The position numbers and the translations under genes were made by a program. DNA of 63,746 bases, filler included, from an uncultured bacterium (GTDB taxonomy: Bacteria > Latescibacterota > UBA2968): assembly GCA_964471275.1 (NCBI GenBank). It is 8 parts of 8 records of this genome, joined end to end, with 100 filler letters (N's around TTAATTAATTAA, not from the genome) between each part and the next. Parts side by side here need not be neighbours in the genome. Positions count along the whole stretch, not along the records: positions 16,296 to 24,271 come from CAYYGZ010000220.1; positions 24,372 to 32,325 come from CAYYGZ010000221.1; 6 more parts are not named here. The stretch is one strand, 5' to 3'. The notes beneath the pieces are model-generated. The model worked only from the letters and a program-made list of their open reading frames with translations, did not search any database and had not been told where the DNA came from. This document shows, in pieces, positions 19,749-29,758 of this stretch; position 1 is the stretch's first letter; every line of letters starts with the position of its first letter.

Positions 19749-20936
19749 GTGAGTGAAGAACCCGGTTCGGACACCCACCGTGCGCCGCCCGCCGGGGAGC
19801 GTGCATGGTTCATAGCGTGTACGTCGATCTTCTGGTTCGCCCACTACAGCTACGTCCCGACACTTGCCCCCTACGCGGAACATCGCGGCGGATCCTTCGA
19901 GATCATCGGCCTGATCGTCAGTGCCTACGGCCTTGCCCAGCTGCTCTTTCGCCTTCCCCTCGGTCTGTTCTCTGACCGAATCGGCCGGCGCAAACCCTTC
20001 ATCACGCTAGGTCTGTTTTCCGCCGGGATCGCCGGACTCGGGCTTGCCCTATCACCATCACCCGAATGGATGGTTGCGGCCCGCTTTGTCTCCGGGATCT
20101 CTGCCTGTTCGTGGGTCGCCTTCACCGTGCTCTACGCAGGATATTACCCGCCGGTTGAGACCGCTCGTGCGATGGGGCACATCTCCTTCGTCAACGGGCT
20201 CTCGATCATGTCCGCCTCCTACCTCGGAGGTTGGCTCGCAGACCACTACGGTTGGCTCGCGCCTTTCTGGGCTTCGGCCACGTTCGGCTTCTGTGGCGCT
20301 CTCGTCTCTCTCTTTATCCGTGAGTCCGCCAGGATAGTGCCCGCCACACTCAGCCTCCACACATCGTCAAAGGTCCTCCGAAACCCGATCCTGATCTGGT
20401 CCTCGATCGCAGCATCTCTCGGCATGTACACGGTGTTCACCGCCGGCTTCGGATTCCTGCCCAACTACGCCCTCACCCTCGGGGCCACCAAGACTCAACT
20501 CGGGCTGCTGTCTTCGATTGCCCTCCTGTGCGGCTCGATCGCCGGGCTCTCCGCCAGCCGATTCGCGCTCCCGAGGCTCGGGCCTCGACACGCCATCGTG
20601 CTGGCACACGGACTCGTCACGGTCGTCACGCTTGCCATACCGCACACCACCTCGGTCTACCAGCTGTTCATCCTTCAGGCCTGCACGGGCATCGCCAGGG
20701 GAACGGCCTACCCGATCCTGATGTCCCTCGTCATACACGGCTTGTCCCAACGCGACAAAGCCACAGCGATGGGATTCTTTCAGGCCGTGTATTCTGCCGG
20801 CATGTTCCTGGGTCCCGTCGTGTCGGGCCAGATCGGTGGATCCATGGGCTTCACGATGCTGTTTACAAGCTCAGCATTCGTCGCCCTGCTGTCGTTACTG
20901 GCGGCACTGAGGCTCCCAAAGACCCTCGACGGGTGA
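19749..20936 (+). CDS. MFS transporter
   Basis: GLFSDRIGRRK motif A; about 12 hydrophobic segments. Confidence 0.9.
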   Translation: MSEEPGSDTHRAPPAGERAWFIACTSIFWFAHYSYVPTLAPYAEHRGGSFEIIGLIVSAYGLAQLLFRLPLGLFSDRIGRRKPFITLGLFSAGIAGLGLALSPSPEWMVAARFVSGISACSWVAFTVLYAGYYPPVETARAMGHISFVNGLSIMSASYLGGWLADHYGWLAPFWASATFGFCGALVSLFIRESARIVPATLSLHTSSKVLRNPILIWSSIAASLGMYTVFTAGFGFLPNYALTLGATKTQLGLLSSIALLCGSIAGLSASRFALPRLGPRHAIVLAHGLVTVVTLAIPHTTSVYQLFILQACTGIARGTAYPILMSLVIHGLSQRDKATAMGFFQAVYSAGMFLGPVVSGQIGGSMGFTMLFTSSAFVALLSLLAALRLPKTLDG

Positions 20937-21090
20937 TGCTGATCTGGCTCTGGCACAGGAACGGCCAGGGACCTGCCCGTCAACTCCGAGCAGATCCCTG
21001 GCCGCACGCAGAAGAATTCGCCGCGGATGTCAGAACCGGATCGATCGACGGCAACACCTGCGCTGACCGCTCGCGATTCCTTGTTGCCTC

Positions 21091-22356
21091 CTACGTCTGA
21101 TCTCTGGATTTCTGCACGTAATGACTGACCAGAAGACTCGGATCATACGGAACCAGCCAGTCTTCGGGTAAGTTCAGCCCAAAACCCGGACCCGGAGGCA
21201 GTCCCAGCGTGCCATCGACCGGCATCGGCGTCCCGGGTGTCGTGCGATAGCACATCCGCCCGCTCTCGGTGGGCGCTCCCAGAAAGCACTCCTCGAGCGG
21301 TACCCCCGGCATCGTGCCCTGATAGAACTCGATCAGCGGCGTGTTCGGCATCGCCGCCGTAAAGTGCTGACCATACAGATCGTTCACGCCCGTGTGCAAA
21401 GCCATCTGCACACCTTTGGCGTCGGCATATTGCGCGAGCTTCATCGCTTCCGTGAACCCGCCGATCCAGGTAATATCGGCCTGGATGAGGTCGACCAGTC
21501 CCTCTTCGAGCGCACGCATTCCGGGATGTCGTGTTGCCCAATGTTCTCCGGTCGCGAGCGTCTGCCACGGCACCCGCCTACGCAGCGCACGATACCCGGC
21601 CATATCGTGCGGCATCAGCATCTCCTCCATCCAACGCATCCGGTATGGCCGAAGGGCCTCGCACATCTGGACCGTGAAGTCCACGTCGTAGGCCATCCAG
21701 CAGTCGAGCATCAGATCTGCATCCTGCCCGATCTGCTCCCTCGTCCTGGCGATCAGCTCGACCGTCCCGTCGATCCCGGCCTGCCCTTTTTCGACACCGT
21801 GCGGTCGGGCGAGCTTGAACTTCCGGAACCCGCAGGCCAACCCCCAGTCCACATCGTTTCCCGTCGCATAGCAATCCATCGATCGTCTTGCTGGCCCACC
21901 GGCCAGACGATATACGGGCTGACCGGTCACCTTCCCCCATAGATCCCACAAAGCGAGGTCGACACCGGCAACGGCACGAGCAGTCAGACCCTCCTGACCG
22001 AAAGAAAGGCAACCGCGCCACATACGATCGTTACACGTATCGATCGACCCGACCTCCTGACCGACGACCATGTGAGAGAGGACCTCGTCGATGATCACGG
22101 CCGCGGTGTTCCCCGTATCCCCGCTCCCCAACCCCCACGTGCCATCATCGGCGGTCACCTTCACGAAATACTGGCCTCCCGGCTCGTTCCGCTCAAGCGG
22201 CGGATCGTATTTGTCACGGGGCGTCGCTTGCCGGAAGGTACGATTCCACGGCTCGCGCCAGGGCGTCGTTCCTTCCTTCTCGGGTGCAGGCGGCTTCAGC
22301 GAACAGACTTGTACATCGGCAACCTTCATAGCGTATCTCTCTCTGGACTCTGACAC
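21091..22356 (-). CDS. Mandelate racemase/enolase superfamily acid-sugar dehydratase (L-rhamnonate dehydratase-like)
   Basis: VDLALWDL.GK..GQPVY.L.GG, KFK, LMLDCW, WMEE, ATGEH, IQAD. Start may be ATG 22329. Confidence 0.85.
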   Translation of the reverse strand: MSESRERYAMKVADVQVCSLKPPAPEKEGTTPWREPWNRTFRQATPRDKYDPPLERNEPGGQYFVKVTADDGTWGLGSGDTGNTAAVIIDEVLSHMVVGQEVGSIDTCNDRMWRGCLSFGQEGLTARAVAGVDLALWDLWGKVTGQPVYRLAGGPARRSMDCYATGNDVDWGLACGFRKFKLARPHGVEKGQAGIDGTVELIARTREQIGQDADLMLDCWMAYDVDFTVQMCEALRPYRMRWMEEMLMPHDMAGYRALRRRVPWQTLATGEHWATRHPGMRALEEGLVDLIQADITWIGGFTEAMKLAQYADAKGVQMALHTGVNDLYGQHFTAAMPNTPLIEFYQGTMPGVPLEECFLGAPTESGRMCYRTTPGTPMPVDGTLGLPPGPGFGLNLPEDWLVPYDPSLLVSHYVQKSRDQT

Positions 22357-22377
22357 TGGCTTCAGCGAGAAGGCCGA

Positions 22378-23361
22378 TCAGACGGCGAAGGGATCGATCG
22401 CGTCCCGTTTGGATGTCTCGTCATACAGGAACGTCAACAGAGCAAAACGTTTGCCCTTTGTGACGGGCAGAACCTCGTGCAAATGGGCACATGAAAAGAT
22501 CCGTGCGCTGCCCGCTTCAGAACGATACCGGTCCGACCCAAACTCGGGGAACCGGAGCCCTCCTCCTTCGAAATCAGTGTTGAGGTTGATCGACACGGCC
22601 AGCCGTCTGTGGGCTGTCTTCGGACTCAGGTTGTCACGATGTGCGTGAAAGAACCCCGACTCCGCCGAATCGTAACAGGCGATCTTAAAACCCTCAAACC
22701 GCGTGGGACGGTAGATGAATGCCCGTTCGATCTCGCTCAGGACCCGTCTGCCGATCAACTGCGTCAGAAGCTGAATCAGCTTGGGATCCGCCACCGTGTG
22801 ATCACGGCGAGCTTTGTGGCGTTCGGAAATGACCGGGCGCCGACCGCTCGGCGTCGACTGCTCGACACCCGTTTCGACCGACCCACCTTCTTCCCAGAGC
22901 TGCATCAGGAAACCACAGCGCTCATGCGAGAGCACACCGTCAACCAGCAGGATGGGGGCCTGGTTCGTCAGCTCCTGCGGGGCACGCACCGGTATAGCCT
23001 GGAACGCCTCTTCGACCACCTCGATTGAAGGGATGTCCCGAAATACCCTCACGACCCGCAGGTTGGCGTCCAGGACGTAGGCAAGAAATCGCTGATTGTT
23101 CAGGAGTTTGGGGAGGACAGAGCCCTGCGAATCAACAAAGCAGATTCCACTCGTCTCCGCGGGTACCGATGAAACAACGACAACGTCCGATGCTACGGAA
23201 GGAACGTTCTCGGGAAGGCGGAATCGCTGTTCGCCATTGCCGAGCAGAATGACAAGCACGGGACGTCCGCCGGTGTGCGCGTATAGATGAGCTGGCTGAC
23301 CAGTAACTCCGGGCAGTACGAAATCGGGGAAGCGCTCACCGGGATCGAGAATACGTGCCAT
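22378..23361 (-). CDS. Redoxin-like domain fused to 2OG-Fe(II) oxygenase
   Basis: N-terminal PGERFPDFVLP; C-terminal F.AHRDN, SINLN.DFEGG.L.FPE, HLHEVLPVT.G.R. Confidence 0.8.
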   Translation of the reverse strand: MARILDPGERFPDFVLPGVTGQPAHLYAHTGGRPVLVILLGNGEQRFRLPENVPSVASDVVVVSSVPAETSGICFVDSQGSVLPKLLNNQRFLAYVLDANLRVVRVFRDIPSIEVVEEAFQAIPVRAPQELTNQAPILLVDGVLSHERCGFLMQLWEEGGSVETGVEQSTPSGRRPVISERHKARRDHTVADPKLIQLLTQLIGRRVLSEIERAFIYRPTRFEGFKIACYDSAESGFFHAHRDNLSPKTAHRRLAVSINLNTDFEGGGLRFPEFGSDRYRSEAGSARIFSCAHLHEVLPVTKGKRFALLTFLYDETSKRDAIDPFAV

Positions 23362-23713
23362 ACGGAGCAATATAGAATGCGTGGGAGAGGGGGGCAAGAT
23401 CTGAACTCTTGACGACGAAATCATCCGCGATCTTCATCGCGTACCTTGATTTGCACCGCTCGTGCGCGCTGTAAATCACGACTGCCGGCCGCTTCCACAG
23501 ACCCATGATCTGCGACATCGTGTCGACTCCCGTTCTCCCGTGCATCGAAAGGCCCAGGACAACAACATCGGGATGAACGGTACCCAGTTTCTGGATCGCC
23601 TCAGCACCATCAGACGCGGTATCGACGGTGTAGCCTTCGTCAGCAAGCTCCCAGGTCAGGAGCTCACGCTCACGCTGGTTGGGATCCCCATTTGCGATAA
23701 GGACCTGACTCAA
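23336..23713 (-). CDS. Single-domain receiver protein, degenerate
   Basis: REC-like sequence, but LIANGD and VVVLGLSM show loss of the acidic pocket and the phospho-acceptor Asp. Confidence 0.7.
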   Translation of the reverse strand: MSQVLIANGDPNQRERELLTWELADEGYTVDTASDGAEAIQKLGTVHPDVVVLGLSMHGRTGVDTMSQIMGLWKRPAVVIYSAHERCKSRYAMKIADDFVVKSSDLAPLSHAFYIAPYGTYSRSR

Positions 23714-23967
23714 GCTACGTGCTCCACGGAGTTCTGTGTCCCAAACGGATTTTCGACGACCTCTGCGTCCGGTTCATTTGTACAATTCCCATCGACGAGA
23801 TAGCGATACTCATACACGCCCGGCTCCAGGTTTGTCCAAGTTTTCCAGACTCCGTCCTTCTGTTTCTTGAGCGGACGGCCCCTCCAGTCATTGAAGTTAC
23901 CCAGAACACGAACATCGTCCGCACCCGGCGCTTCCAGCGTGAAATAGACTCTCTTCTTCTTTGCCAT
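23710..23967 (-). CDS. Stand-alone glycogen-binding (CBM48 / isoamylase early set) protein
   Basis: F..EAPGA..V.V.G.FNDW, G.W, LEPG.YEYRYLVDG, NPFG..NSV. Confidence 0.85.
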   Translation of the reverse strand: MAKKKRVYFTLEAPGADDVRVLGNFNDWRGRPLKKQKDGVWKTWTNLEPGVYEYRYLVDGNCTNEPDAEVVENPFGTQNSVEHVA

Positions 23968-24166
23968 GGTCGATCCCGACGAAAAACTATTAGTTAGTAT
24001 CTTAATTACAGGCCAGCAGTATAATTAAATTGTATTTTCTATGCGACATGAAACTGATACTAAAACTATACATTATTAGTTTTTCTAACTTTTTACATAC
24101 TGAATTGTCTCAGATAGATCTCATCGGAAGCTGTGATCTGAACACGTGCTGACTTATTATACCCCA

Positions 24167-24271
24167 ATGGCCAGAAACTCTCCAGACAACAACCTCTCGG
24201 GTACCGATCAGCGTGTAACACCGCGCAGTGTCCTCGTAGGGCTACTTGTCGTTGTTTCCGTGAATACCTGG
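24167..24271 (+). CDS. N-terminus of a probable membrane protein, cut by contig end
   Basis: MARNSPDNNLSGTDQRVTPRSVLVGLLVVVSVNTW..., open to the gap. Confidence 0.45.
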
Positions 24272-24371
24272 NNNNNNNNNNNNNNNNNNNNNNNNNNNNN
24301 NNNNNNNNNNNNNNNTTAATTAATTAANNNNNNNNNNNNNNNNNNNNNNNNNNNNNNNNNNNNNNNNNNNN
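24272..24371. other. Artificial contig linker
   Basis: N-run/TTAATTAATTAA/N-run. Confidence 0.99.
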
Positions 24372-25125
24372 CGGTCTCCCCGAGTCGTTCCGGGTTGTCG
24401 GCGCTCCTGAAGCGGTGCGCGAAGACCTCGGTGAGGGTCGTGAGCGCTGGCGTCAGTCGATCCGGTTGACCAGTTTTCGGCCAGGTGAGACGGAGATCTC
24501 AGCCCTAAAAATCAAGGTTATTGGCTCAAATGGGGACACGACGCTTCTGTCGGACAACCCGATTCCTGTGCTGGTTCAGTCTGTCAAACCTGACAGCCTT
24601 ACGGACATCCTGGATGTCAAGGCTCCCGTCTCGATCGATCCTGTCATCCCTATGTGGACGTGGATGGTGGTCGGTCTGGCTGTGGTGGCCCTGCTGATCT
24701 TCTTTCTGTGGTACAGACGATGGATGAGGGGGGGGGAGGAGCGGGTCACGACTGTTGTGGTTGTCGACTGGTTCGACGAAGTACGCAAACTACGTGTGTC
24801 AGGGCTGATTGAAGAGGGCGCCTTCAACGCGTACTACACGCGTCTCTCCGAATCGCTGCGACGGTTCATCGAGCAGAGCACAGGCGTTGTGGCAATGGAA
24901 CGCACGACACACGAAATCCGGGCAGATCTGCTCGACGCGAGCCTGTCCGATTCCCGAATTCTGGATGTCGAAAATTTCCTCAACGACGCCGACCTCGTGA
25001 AGTTCGCGAAGTTCGAGCCGAACGCCGACCGAGCCTCAAGGGATAGTGAGCGTGTGCTCAGCCTGATGAGTAATATTGAGCAAGAGTATCGGGCCCGCGT
25101 GCCGGACACGGTGGATACACTATGA
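24372..25125 (+). CDS. Bat-locus membrane-anchored protein (5'-truncated)
   Basis: ILDVKAP + TM helix + YYTRLSESLRRFIE..AMERTTHEI..ADLVKFAK, typical of the gene preceding batA. Confidence 0.75.
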
Positions 25126-26117
25126 TTCGTCTCGTCAATCCGGAGTGGCTCCTGCTGGGTCTGGTATTGCCTGTCCTCGTCTATCGGTATGTGCGTCAGC
25201 AGCGAATGAAACGAGGCAGCATCCGGTTCTCGGATCTCGCCACCGCAAAGCAGATCGTGCCGTCGCTTGTGCTTCGACTCCGTCACGGTCTGTTTGTCCT
25301 GCGATGTCTTGCGATCCTTTGCCTCGTCGTCAGTCTAGCGAGACCGCAGTCGGGGCGCGAGGGGAGAGAGATACTGAGTCAGGGCATCGATATCGTTCTC
25401 GCTATCGATGCTTCGAGCAGCATGGAAACTGCTGACCTCGGTGATGCGTCGCGGCTTGACGTGTCCAAGCAAGTCGTGGCTGATTTTGTCGACGGTCGGA
25501 TCAACGACCGTCTGGGACTGGTTGTCTTCGCAGGCGAAGCCTACACGCAGTGTCCGCTGACGCTCGATTACGGTGTTTTTCTGACCTTCCTGCAGGATGT
25601 GGAGATTGCAGAGGAAGATTGGGACGGAACTGCAATCGGGACCGCAATCGCGACCGCGGTCAACCGATTACGAGATTCGGCCGCTGCCAGCAAGGTTGTG
25701 ATTCTGCTGACTGACGGGCTCAACAACCGGGGAGAGATCGACCCGCTCACCGCGACAAAAGCGGCTGAGGCTGTCGGTATACGGATCTACACGATCGGCG
25801 CAGGATCCGACGGTGAGGTGCTGCGACGTGTTGACGGCGGCTTGTTTGGCCCGAGAAACGTGCGAGTCAAGGTTGATATCGATGAGGATACCTTGCGGGA
25901 AGTGGCGCAGACGACCGGCGGACGGTATTTCCGGGCGACCAGTGTTGAGAAGCTTGAGTCGATCTACGAGGAGATCGGCGAGATGGAGAAGACCGAAATC
26001 AAGACGCGTGAGTATGTCAATTACCGCGAACTCTTCCCCGCGCTGCTGTGGCCCGGCCTGCTTATGCTGGGTCTGGAATCCGTCCTCGCCAATACCCGGT
26101 TCCGGAGAATACCCTGA
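25122..26117 (+). CDS. batA: BatA-type VWA domain protein
   Basis: LARPQ, DIVLAIDASSSM (MIDAS), PLTLD, GTAIG, LLTDG.NN.G, IYTIG, GGRYFRA. Confidence 0.88.
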   Translation: MIRLVNPEWLLLGLVLPVLVYRYVRQQRMKRGSIRFSDLATAKQIVPSLVLRLRHGLFVLRCLAILCLVVSLARPQSGREGREILSQGIDIVLAIDASSSMETADLGDASRLDVSKQVVADFVDGRINDRLGLVVFAGEAYTQCPLTLDYGVFLTFLQDVEIAEEDWDGTAIGTAIATAVNRLRDSAAASKVVILLTDGLNNRGEIDPLTATKAAEAVGIRIYTIGAGSDGEVLRRVDGGLFGPRNVRVKVDIDEDTLREVAQTTGGRYFRATSVEKLESIYEEIGEMEKTEIKTREYVNYRELFPALLWPGLLMLGLESVLANTRFRRIP

Positions 26118-27139
26118 TGCGGTTTGGTGACCCCGTCGGTTTCTGGCTATTGCTTCTGCTTCCGGTCTTGTTCCTCCTGTATGTCTGGTCCTTCCGGAAG
26201 CGGCAACTGGCCCTGCGTCAATTCGGTTCGGGGCCAATGATGGCGAAACTGACGTCGGCTACGAGTTGGACACGGCAAACAGTGAAGGCAATCCTGCTGC
26301 TTGCTGCCGTTCTCTTTCTCGTGCTTGCTCTTGTGCAACCTAGATTCGGAATGCGTCTGGAGATGGTGTCACGCCGGGGAGTGGACGTCATTGTTGCACT
26401 CGATACATCTATGAGCATGATGGCTGAAGACATGCCTCCAAATCGTCTGCTCCGTGCGAGACTCGAGATCGAATCGCTGATCGACCGTCTGGAAGGCGAC
26501 CGCATCGGTCTGGTCGCCTTCTCCGGGCAGAGCTTCGTGCTGTGTCCCCTGACACTTGATTACGGCGCTGCAAAGTTGTTCCTGGATTCCATCGACACGG
26601 GTCTCATTCCCACTCAGGGCACGGCCATCGCGCAGGCAGTGCGCACGGCTACGAAGGCCTTTGGGAGCGAAGAACAGAAATACAAGGCTCTCGTTCTGAT
26701 CACCGATGGGGAGGACCACGCAGGCGAGGCGATCGAGGCCGCCCGAAGCGCGGCTGAAGCGGGTGTGCGGGTATTTGCTGTCGGAATCGGAACGCAGGAG
26801 GGTGAACTGATTCCTTTGAAGAAGGATGGTCCTACCGAGTTTATGCGTGACCGGGAAGGGAATATCGTGAAGACACGGCTGGACGAGGCGACTCTCGTGG
26901 AGATGGCTCGTTTGACGAACGGCGGATACGTGCGATCTCAGCGAGGACAAGTTGGCCTTGACGAAGTCTACGCACAGATCTCCGAAATGGAGAAACGGGA
27001 GTTGGGATCACGTAAACTATCGCAATACAAGCACAGATACCAGTGGCCACTCGCAGTGGCCGTATTGCTGGTGATTCTCGAGAGCTTGATGTCCGATCGT
27101 AGACGTGCGACCGGAGAATGGCGTGGCCGTTTTGCGTAA
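26117..27139 (+). CDS. batB: BatB-type VWA domain protein
   Basis: ALDTSMSMMAED.PNRL, DRIGLVAF.G, LITDGEDH, VKTRLDE, HRYQWPL; ATG overlaps the batA stop. Confidence 0.88.
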   Translation: MRFGDPVGFWLLLLLPVLFLLYVWSFRKRQLALRQFGSGPMMAKLTSATSWTRQTVKAILLLAAVLFLVLALVQPRFGMRLEMVSRRGVDVIVALDTSMSMMAEDMPPNRLLRARLEIESLIDRLEGDRIGLVAFSGQSFVLCPLTLDYGAAKLFLDSIDTGLIPTQGTAIAQAVRTATKAFGSEEQKYKALVLITDGEDHAGEAIEAARSAAEAGVRVFAVGIGTQEGELIPLKKDGPTEFMRDREGNIVKTRLDEATLVEMARLTNGGYVRSQRGQVGLDEVYAQISEMEKRELGSRKLSQYKHRYQWPLAVAVLLVILESLMSDRRRATGEWRGRFA

Positions 27140-27920
27140 CTTACGTGTCAGAAGGTTGTGCGTCATACTGATGGCGTGCACGGGAGCGTTTGGGTTTTCG
27201 TTCCTTGATGGTATCGCCCGCCGCGTCAAGCAGGGCAACCAGCACTTTGAACGTGCCGAATTCGATGCTGCGCTCGAAGCCTACCGTGAGGCGCAAACAG
27301 ATCGACCTGATGCTCCCGAGCTGCACTATAACGTGGGTGATGCACTCTACAAGCAGGGAGCGGTCGAAGAGGCCATGGCGGCTTTCCTGAAAGCTGTCGA
27401 GAATGGGGATTCGGGTCTCGCGTCGAAGGCATACTACAACTTGGGGAATGTGCTCTACAGGCAACAGACCTACGACCAGGCCGTCGCGGCCTATGAGAAG
27501 TCACTCGAGCTGAATCCGTCGGACCGTGACGCAAAGGTTAACTTGGAGATGGCCCTCGAGAAGCTCGAGGAGCAACAGGAGAAGGAAGAGAACCAGGGCC
27601 AGAACAAGGATCAGAATCAGAAGGAAGACCAGGACCAGGAGGACGAACAGGAAGAGAATCAGGAGGGCCCAGAGAGCGAATCGGGTGAACAGAAAGAGAA
27701 AGAGGATGGCGAGCAGGATGGACAGAATCAGGAACAGAAACCATCCGATGAGAACCAGGACCAACAGCAGAAGCCGGAACAGGATGGTCAGCAACCTGGT
27801 GAGCTGTCGCCTGAAGAAGCAGAACGACTGCTGGACGCGATGAAAGACCGTGAGACCGAGTCACAGAAGCGAAGGCGCGTCCGTTTGCAGGGCAAGCGTT
27901 ACCGAGGGAAGCCTTGGTAG
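27105..27920 (+). CDS. batC: BatC-type TPR protein with Q/E-rich linker
   Basis: TPR motifs (HYNVGDALYKQG, YYNLGNVLY), Q/E/D low-complexity stretch, LSPEEAERLLDAM..KPW. Start uncertain. Confidence 0.82.
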   Translation: MRPENGVAVLRNLRVRRLCVILMACTGAFGFSFLDGIARRVKQGNQHFERAEFDAALEAYREAQTDRPDAPELHYNVGDALYKQGAVEEAMAAFLKAVENGDSGLASKAYYNLGNVLYRQQTYDQAVAAYEKSLELNPSDRDAKVNLEMALEKLEEQQEKEENQGQNKDQNQKEDQDQEDEQEENQEGPESESGEQKEKEDGEQDGQNQEQKPSDENQDQQQKPEQDGQQPGELSPEEAERLLDAMKDRETESQKRRRVRLQGKRYRGKPW

Positions 27921-29758
27921 CCCGTCTCAGAAAATGTTTCGCCGGCTGCTGTTGGTTGGTCCTCGCCGGTGCGCTCATCACCGGCGGTGCCCGGTCGCTG
28001 ACCGTGCAGCTGTCTGCCGATCGCGCCCGCGTCGGAGTCGGCGATGTTTTTACGGTTACAGTCGCGATGACCATCGACGACGGCGACAGCGCCCCGGACC
28101 CAGATCTTGCCCTCCCCAGCGGATTCGATCTGGTCGGATCGCGTTCATCGACCTCGACGTCGATCAGCATCGTGCAGGGCGCCGTTTCCCAGACGAAGAC
28201 CGTCAATGTCGTCAGCACGATTCGGGCGAACCAGGAGGGGGATTTCACCATTGGTCCCGCTACAGTCAGAAGTGGCGGGAAGACGTTGAGGTCGCAGGCC
28301 ATTCGCGTGGATGTCACGAAGGCCCAGCCGCGACCCAGGGCCTCGACAACACCGGGCCAGCAGGCCGTGTCCACCGACCAGCTGCGGGAGATCGAGCAGA
28401 ATCTTTTTATCCGAGCAACGCCTGACCGCGAGTCGGTGTTTGTCGGTGAGCAGATTCTCGTGACCTACGATCTGTTCTCGCGTTACAGGATCCAGAACCC
28501 GAGGTTCGGTGTGATCCCCTCCTTCACTGGCTTCTGGGCCGAGAAGGTGTTCGAGGCAAGCAGGCTGGAGCAGCGTCCTGAGGTTGTCAATGGGCATTCA
28601 TTTAAAAAATCCCGGCTCAAGCAGATCGCCCTCTTCCCGACACTTCCCGGGAAACAGAAACTCGAGCAGCTGGAGTTCATCTGCGACATTCCCGTGCGCT
28701 CTCAGCGGCGGAGCCTGTTCGATGTGGATGATTTCTTCAGCTGGGACCCTTTTCGATCCCGGCAGGTGAAGGTACGGGCTTCGGATCTGGAGGTCCTGGT
28801 TAAACCACTCCCTGACGGAGGTCCAGCTTCCTTTTCCGGAGGGGTCGGCGTATTCGAGATCTCGGCGGCGTTGTCGAGTGATCAGGCTGCAGAGGGCGAT
28901 CCCCTGACGGTCAAGGTCGTCGTGAAGGGACGTGGCAACATACACGGAGTCGGGGACCCGGCCCGGCCAAAGCCGGACCAGTTCAGGTTCTATGATCCGA
29001 AGGGAACCGCCGAGACGCAGATGGACGAGACCGTGCTGAAGGGGACAAAGTCCTTCGAGTACGTGATCATTCCGACTGCCAGCGGAGCCATCGATCTCCC
29101 GCCCTTCGAGCTGGCGTATTTCGATCCTGCAGTCGAGAAGTACAGGACGGTGACGACTCGTCCGATCTCTGTGTTCGTGACGCCTGCCGAGAAGGTCGAG
29201 CAGGTATCGATGACAACTGTTCTGGGGACGGCCGTTCAGCTTGTGGGAGAGGACATTCAGTATATCAAGGCAGATGCAACGACCCTCCGGGACCACGCAG
29301 ACTACTTGCACACGTCATCACTCTATTGGTCTCTGAACGCGCTATCGCTGGTGGGCCTGCTGGCGGCGTGGCACTGGCGCCGTCGGCAGCTGATGCTGGA
29401 AGGTGATGTTGCCTACGCACGCAAGCGCAGGTCGAGCGGCGAGGCAAGACGACGACTGTCCAAAGCCAGAGCCCTGTTGGGCGCGGACAGCACCGTGTTT
29501 CACTCCGAGGTCTATCGCACGCTGTCCAACTTTCTGGCGGATCGAGCTAATCTGGACATTTCCGATCTGACGACGGAGCAGGCTCGGTGTTTGTTGGTGG
29601 AGAGGAATGTTGATCTCGGGCTGGTCGACCGCGTCGCGGGTGTCTTCGAAAGGTGTGACTTTGCACGTTTCGCCTCTGCCGACAGCGGTGCAGCCGATCG
29701 TGAGGGACTCTTGTCGCAAGTCGAAGCGTTGATCGGTGAACTGGAGCGCACGGCATGA
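27914..29758 (+). CDS. batD: BatD family protein
   Basis: Signal peptide, VFVGEQ..VTY, GFWAE, VKPLP..P.SF.G.VG.F, FEYVIIP, YFDP..Y, C-terminal TM and CDFARFA. Confidence 0.85.
   Translation: MVARLRKCFAGCCWLVLAGALITGGARSLTVQLSADRARVGVGDVFTVTVAMTIDDGDSAPDPDLALPSGFDLVGSRSSTSTSISIVQGAVSQTKTVNVVSTIRANQEGDFTIGPATVRSGGKTLRSQAIRVDVTKAQPRPRASTTPGQQAVSTDQLREIEQNLFIRATPDRESVFVGEQILVTYDLFSRYRIQNPRFGVIPSFTGFWAEKVFEASRLEQRPEVVNGHSFKKSRLKQIALFPTLPGKQKLEQLEFICDIPVRSQRRSLFDVDDFFSWDPFRSRQVKVRASDLEVLVKPLPDGGPASFSGGVGVFEISAALSSDQAAEGDPLTVKVVVKGRGNIHGVGDPARPKPDQFRFYDPKGTAETQMDETVLKGTKSFEYVIIPTASGAIDLPPFELAYFDPAVEKYRTVTTRPISVFVTPAEKVEQVSMTTVLGTAVQLVGEDIQYIKADATTLRDHADYLHTSSLYWSLNALSLVGLLAAWHWRRRQLMLEGDVAYARKRRSSGEARRRLSKARALLGADSTVFHSEVYRTLSNFLADRANLDISDLTTEQARCLLVERNVDLGLVDRVAGVFERCDFARFASADSGAADREGLLSQVEALIGELERTA

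Noticed and set aside
27580..27800. CAGGA/GAA-rich quasi-repeats
   Set aside because: Encode the normal Q/E/D linker of BatC.
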